This document shows, piece after piece, positions 62,501 through 64,000 of a stretch of 64,000 nt of DNA. Below the pieces are notes generated by a model. It worked only from the letters and a program-made list of their open reading frames with translations, was not told where the DNA came from and made no database searches. The position numbers and the translations under genes are program-made. The stretch's first letter is position 1; each line of letters starts with the position of its first letter. This DNA is from an uncultured Spirochaetaceae bacterium (GTDB taxonomy: Bacteria > Spirochaetota > Spirochaetia > DTKZ01): contig CAYNKA010000003.1 in assembly GCA_964397655.1 (NCBI GenBank), positions 323,890 to 387,889 on the forward strand, in the 5' to 3' direction.

Positions 62501-64000
62501 GCCGCGGGTGACGCTGCCCACGGTGCCTATGGTGTTCCCGACGTTGCCGAGATTCAAGGTCCCGGCCGCGGCGGCCTGGACTGCCGTGACCGTGCCCACG
62601 TTCATGGAGGCGTTCTGGCTGACCGCGCCGGTGATGTCCGCCGGAGCGGTCTGGCCGATCGCCAGCGTTCCGTTCGGCGCCGTGACCGTGCAGAGGCCGA
62701 CCGTGGTCGCGTTCCTGATCACGACCGCCGTGGCCGAGGCGCTCGTGGTGGATAGGGTGCCGGTGCTCAAGGCGACGGCCCCGTCGCCTCCGTCGATGAG
62801 GATCGTGCCCGACCCCGCTCCGATCGTTATCCCGGCGGCGAGGGAGACCGAGGTCCCCGCGTTGTTCGTCCCGTTCACCGTTATGGCGCCCGAGGTCGTC
62901 GTGAGCCCCGCGTTCACCGTGACGGCCGCGGTCCCGTTCGCGGTCAAGGTCACGTTCCCCGAGCCGTTTGCGGTCACGGCGTTGGAGATCGTGATGCCGC
63001 CCGTCGAAGAGACGACGGATACGGCGTAGTTTCCGACGGTTGTCGAGATCGTTCCGCCCGTCGTGACCGCTCCGCCGGCCGTGATGTCGATGAGGCCGCC
63101 CGAGGAGGTGACGCTTCCGCCCGTTCCCAGGGCGATTCCCGTGGCCTCGTTTATGTAGACAGCTCCAGCCGCGGTCAGCCTCAGGGTTCCCACGTTCGTG
63201 TCGAGGCAGGCCGTCCCGGTGCCGGTCCCGACGCCGCCCGCTGTATTTATGACGAGGACGCTCGTCGAGTTCGTCGCCCCGATCCGCGAGGGGTCCGCCG
63301 CCTCGACGATGCTTCCCGCGGTCGTGGTGAGGTTTATCTGGGCATTGCCCGTGGACTCGACCACATCCAGCGTCATGGTACCCGCGGACTGCAGGGTGAT
63401 CGCCCCGTTCCCGGTCTGAATCAGCGAATCCGAGTCCATCGTGAGTACATTCGTCGCCGTGAGACCGATCGTCCCCGCGCCGGTCGTTACGATATTGCCG
63501 TAGACCAGCATCGCGTTCGCGCCGGTCGTGTCGATCGTGATGTTTCCGGTACCGGACTGGATCGTGACGCCGTTCGCGAGAGTGAAGCCCGCACCGGAGT
63601 TGATGTCCACGACGCCGGTCCCGGCGGCCGAAACTCCGCCGTTAAGGACGATATTGCCGCTCGTGGAGGTGACGGTGAGCGCGGAGTTCCCCGTGGTCGC
63701 GAGGGAGGTGTCGACGGTGATCGCCGCCGCCGTGCCGCCGAGAATGGCGAGCGGGTCCGTGAAGGTCGCGGAGGTGACGTTGACGGCGCCGGAATTTGCT
63801 CGACCGATCGTGATCGACGAGAAGCCGTCCACGAGGTAGCCGATCTCGGTCGCGTCGAGATTGAACGTGCCGGTCGAGCCGTTTCCGATCCCGACGGTCG
63901 TGGCGGCCGAGGAAGGCTGGAGCGTCAGGGCGCCCCCCGTGCTCGACACATTCCCCCCGAGGCTGATGACGTTCGAGGTCAGGGTGATGAAACCCGATCC
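53507..64000 (-). CDS. Giant repeat-rich surface protein (more than 3480 aa in window, 5' end beyond window) with T9SS/FlgD-Ig-like C-terminal domain
   Basis: Open reading frame runs to the window edge. It is dominated by G/T/A/S/N/V-rich beta-helix/autotransporter-like repeats (GNITIDT..., TVTAGTGNVSFGAASGAANGRIGGAAG...). The C-terminal about 90 aa (...LTYELSRSGMVSAQVFSLDGSLVYVLHRG...YTWDGKNMGGRVVARGIYFVRVV...KVMVVK) resemble a Por-secretion-tail / FlgD-Ig sorting domain. Confidence 0.85.
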   Translation of the reverse strand, partial: GSGFITLTSNVISLGGNVSSTGGALTLQPSSAATTVGIGNGSTGTFNLDATEIGYLVDGFSSITIGRANSGAVNVTSATFTDPLAILGGTAAAITVDTSLATTGNSALTVTSTSGNIVLNGGVSAAGTGVVDINSGAGFTLANGVTIQSGTGNITIDTTGANAMLVYGNIVTTGAGTIGLTATNVLTMDSDSLIQTGNGAITLQSAGTMTLDVVESTGNAQINLTTTAGSIVEAADPSRIGATNSTSVLVINTAGGVGTGTGTACLDTNVGTLRLTAAGAVYINEATGIALGTGGSVTSSGGLIDITAGGAVTTGGTISTTVGNYAVSVVSSTGGITISNAVTANGSGNVTLTANGTAAVTVNAGLTTTSGAITVNGTNNAGTSVSLAAGITIGAGSGTILIDGGDGAVALSTGTLSTTSASATAVVIRNATTVGLCTVTAPNGTLAIGQTAPADITGAVSQNASMNVGTVTAVQAAAAGTLNLGNVGNTIGTVGSVTRGGAFTLYDSAGGLTVTGPITAGTTASNVTITTLGAAMTVNGNITTNGAATVLSLNGPSLTLASNLATGGGTLILNGTGTGVNQTGGTVVTGGLLLTGAGTFTLTQTGNDADTFAVGATGATVSFTDVDGLVVDTVSTTNGVTATNLTLSAGGTITDNAQPLVVSGTTTLSAMVAGPTYYDITLDTPTNDFGTVVVTNANNVTLVDVNAIVLGNVNTAANLSVTATGGTITDAATTTISVGGLATLDAHNGGTYYDITIGNDDTTNFGSLSLTGNTVTVTEDSDMTITYLYANTNSSLTSSGSIADANGTTIAVTGLATFSAGTTIVLGDFGTDTTNFGSLNLSGTNVTVTEDSATVLTGVNASGFFTLTSAGTITDAAATTIAVTGLATLNAGANLITLGDQAGDTTNFGSLDLTGGAVTITEDSGSLLAAVSAASFTLTSAGNVTQSGAVAVTGLTTLAAGTNSITLNRTDNGFATVAITNAGAVSLNDADGYTLNACTVTGTFDATTNAGDLTVAAAVNASGGTGYINLTPAADLRINGSLATSTGTITLNPTSGNIYFNSAATPTVTSSGAAGTITFSDPVILQATATSVTATGGGIVQFQSTVHSETSGNSSLTVSGGAAGNITFTGAVGNTGTNRLNALSITNANDVTVSSTLYAASVSQTAGSGTTHFGAAVNTNGAGLDLNGNAFTFDVAVTATGTGTATITNSGLLTMAAAADFNLSGAFTQDGAGAVSTAGDVTTTAGNISFAGPVTLTGAVALSTGAGTGNVSFGNAATIGGAYDLTVTAGTGNVSFGAASGAANGRIGGAAGANRIGVLTVVSGAAVTWNGEVFASRIATTGTVGSIVFNQPVNTNAAAAIGLDLTTTGAMTFNNTVTATGDGRVTLSNGGLLTIVDTTSAADTGNVDFSLNGAFLQNGAGAVSIAGDITTTNDGIRFDGAVTLTGNVALDTGAGAGNISFSSTLTGTTAGGQTLTLNAGTGSLGFTGGVGATQLGTVTVSDASGGVTVTSTFSAASLSITNGGAVDLNGTVTTPSGFSSAGTTFDNTGATITTTNNDIVINHTGNVTIAAALSSGSGAVNIDATGAGATVDLSAQINVSTGAVTIDSVGTTTIAPAGDITATGAGTVAFGATLSGALSTAGDVTTNAGNVDFYRAVTLTGAVALSTTAGVGGNITFANAATIDSPGTAYDLTVTAGTGNVSFGAASGAANGRIGGAAGANRIGVLRINSAANVTFNGEVFAARIRQIAGTGTTAFNQAVDTNGAALNDMTGTDYIFQAGFVMTGGSGLDLNGAAVTFNGAVSTASSGTVTVTNTGLLTIAAAADFALGGAFTQDGAGAVSTAGDVTTTAGNISFAGPVTLTGAVALSTGAGTGNVSFGNAATIGGAYDLTVTAGTGNVSFGAASGAANGRIGGAAGANRIGVLTVVSGAAVTWNGEVFASRIATTGTVGSIVFNQPVNTNAAAAIGLDLTTTGAMTFNNTVTATGDGRVTLSNGGLLTIVAAADFNLNGSFQQTGAGAVSTAGDITTTADDISFAGPVTLTGAVALSTGAGIGNVSFANAATIDSPGTPYDLTVTAGTGNVSFGAASGAANGRIGGAAGANRIGVLTVVSGAAVTWNGEVFASRIVTTGTVATIEFFQPVNTSQALAGVGIDLTTTGAMTFHNTVTTAAGGGVTLSNGGLLTVEDVGGAADTAADFNLAGAFTKTGAGAVSIAGDIATNNANISFNAQPVTLTGDVAMNTGAATGNVSFGSTITGTGTGTELLSLAAGTGDVTVSGIIGTSTATALESLTISGNNVVLGGIGSGTGSPGVASAAGTVGVTATGYVELDGTHYVSSHGQTYTATAGGLRLRTTVSGDWDAGAGTISLPGTTLYFDTPGVTVRLVTNLSCGRFLGYRGTANLNGRTLSTTGAFALFGAAYDANDPDWDGNGDTNIADSDDTRFAYYTQTGIAYLPGGGTAAANSVVAFGGPAPAFALSPLDGSTISVDGNFYVNGTSMTGSAAWTLAIPDNSMNHPVFNYTAAATATMWGTSSYAVALNMTVSWCTLSSADGADTDAEGGWVSAASVKAGETNNNVVDGGNNTGWDFLRPELVLVETVKDNVVRLTFNKAIENSNDEINAALAAASMSYTNTGALTTPGGGAGLVFADAFTDALCTTSTNGQGDLTSFYVRTTVVGGTWNTDAVGSGGAAPVEGQAASTDRTGTHKTNLPDLFFRKTAFFDSHKNPARSYGYNTFASYTATVDRAGPVLWKIEYGRAPHSTPASTHFDAHNFFDLYYSERVDVGTDAAMLAGAGSPASNVRAQAAFDAASKWGGDMTASSGTATVAGYFSYTYTGTAAMSRGARDGIDPTNALYRPADYRLRIYLSGWNATGSTADPRWPGWHANVPNPAAATGITVASNSFIRDKAVTPNAVDGTVAPYAGTFVPYTLGGGFYAYWDTDPPCFSTFIPGTSYEIVSRATTTTNLVNRLEFFIQDNSSEDADWNPTTTTVPLAHPDMPGRTVYRTSIGQPDVPRGVRDRTLNYDLDSLNEYEAFYVEQVGVSPLVNTFNQGLISDVNNSLFVPASSGFTGNLPDDPYFTLTLADSGHPWGLTTEMYVSYDATKAYITDLAGNLLPSSTTPIAIIERVPPRIQLTLASVGDTRMYVKFTEPVFGSKDKSAQVSASQFAFVGDAFTITGMDVITRGSSSNSVWDAWFNLNRAITANDAVGATLKVATVNTVFDDSENAMLDTDVHRITDVGLGVVSPLWASDGINSESVGGTSSSLRTFDGTGRLRPLDVILQAQIAASGYTNLPLTLFFDADVDSKYFNVSDDDAMVNFPAIWLPIRIEGLNPLANTGARGVSPYSVSGALRNFLIPETDSEMEAGKKIEFIFRLGNLFCARLTDASTPTSLAPWSFNLDKGKTQRAGVSIFNNVINPENAEKAILTYELSRSGMVSAQVFSLDGSLVYVLHRGNQGKGSYTYTWDGKNMGGRVVARGIYFVRVVGPDIDEIRKVMVVK
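58001..58475. repeat. Intragenic direct repeat copy A (about 475 bp, identical to 59816-60290)
   Basis: By eye, base-for-base identical to copy B. It encodes ...DGEGDRPLVDGAGELLELRG...-frame repeats of the giant protein. A further about 90%-identical copy lies at about 57450-57990. Confidence 0.7.
59816..60290. repeat. Intragenic direct repeat copy B (about 475 bp, identical to 58001-58475)
   Basis: Same sequence as copy A, 1815 bp downstream. Identity breaks at both ends. Confidence 0.7.

Overview
This 64 kb window is high-GC (about 65-68%) bacterial chromosome with lower-GC patches, densely packed with about 50 genes on both strands. No rRNA, tRNA, CRISPR array or transposase was recognised. 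The main content, in window order:

- **0.1-5.0 kb:** an AT-rich islet carrying a bacterial lipocalin (blc). It abuts a truncated caspase-domain remnant on the minus strand and a plus-strand operon encoding a signal-peptide protein followed by a 1059-aa WD40 x ~14 / caspase (peptidase C14) protein.
- **5.0-7.3 kb:** a 4Fe-4S membrane ferredoxin-type protein and an aldo-keto reductase.
- **7.5-12.0 kb:** a GntR-regulated TRAP transporter (DctPQM) plus HpcH-family aldolase operon, with palindromic putative operator sites.
- **12.3-15.7 kb:** a lower-GC signalling patch holding two HisKA_2-type sensor kinases, an ABM-like small protein and a STAS anti-sigma antagonist.
- **16.0-23.3 kb:** an Fn3/Big_2 lipoprotein, a PAS histidine kinase, a DUF2157 membrane protein, an outer-membrane beta-barrel protein, two VOC/glyoxalase proteins, a HIT protein and a DUF2141 protein.
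- **23.5-27.3 kb:** two tandem CrtI-family desaturase-like genes with a convergent lycopene-cyclase-domain protein.
- **28.2-32.3 kb:** a substrate-binding-protein / histidine-kinase / response-regulator cassette lying between an intact uppP and a degenerate ~110-nt copy of the uppP 5' end.
- **32.3-35.9 kb:** housekeeping genes for Tam, YwbE, DinB, AroE and a HAD-nucleotidase-GNAT fusion.
- **36.1-41.5 kb:** a 1425-aa hybrid histidine kinase feeding a REC-HD-GYP response regulator.
- **41.5-43.6 kb:** RecO and a GPH-family MFS symporter.
- **43.6-53.5 kb:** a 450-bp non-coding region with a consensus promoter and a hairpin, then a tandem-TetR regulator (no canonical start codon) and an RND efflux operon (TolC-like / MFP / RND / P-II-like / U32 peptidase).
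- **53.5-64.0 kb:** a giant minus-strand repeat-rich beta-helix-like protein (more than 3480 aa, 5' end off-window) with a T9SS/FlgD-Ig-like C-terminal domain and perfect ~475-bp intragenic direct repeats.

The most interesting candidates are the secreted WD40-caspase operon, the uppP-fragment-flanked two-component cassette, the promoter-plus-hairpin non-coding region upstream of the tandem TetR, and the giant repetitive surface protein. All product calls rest on motif and architecture recognition from the translated sequence; no database searches were run.
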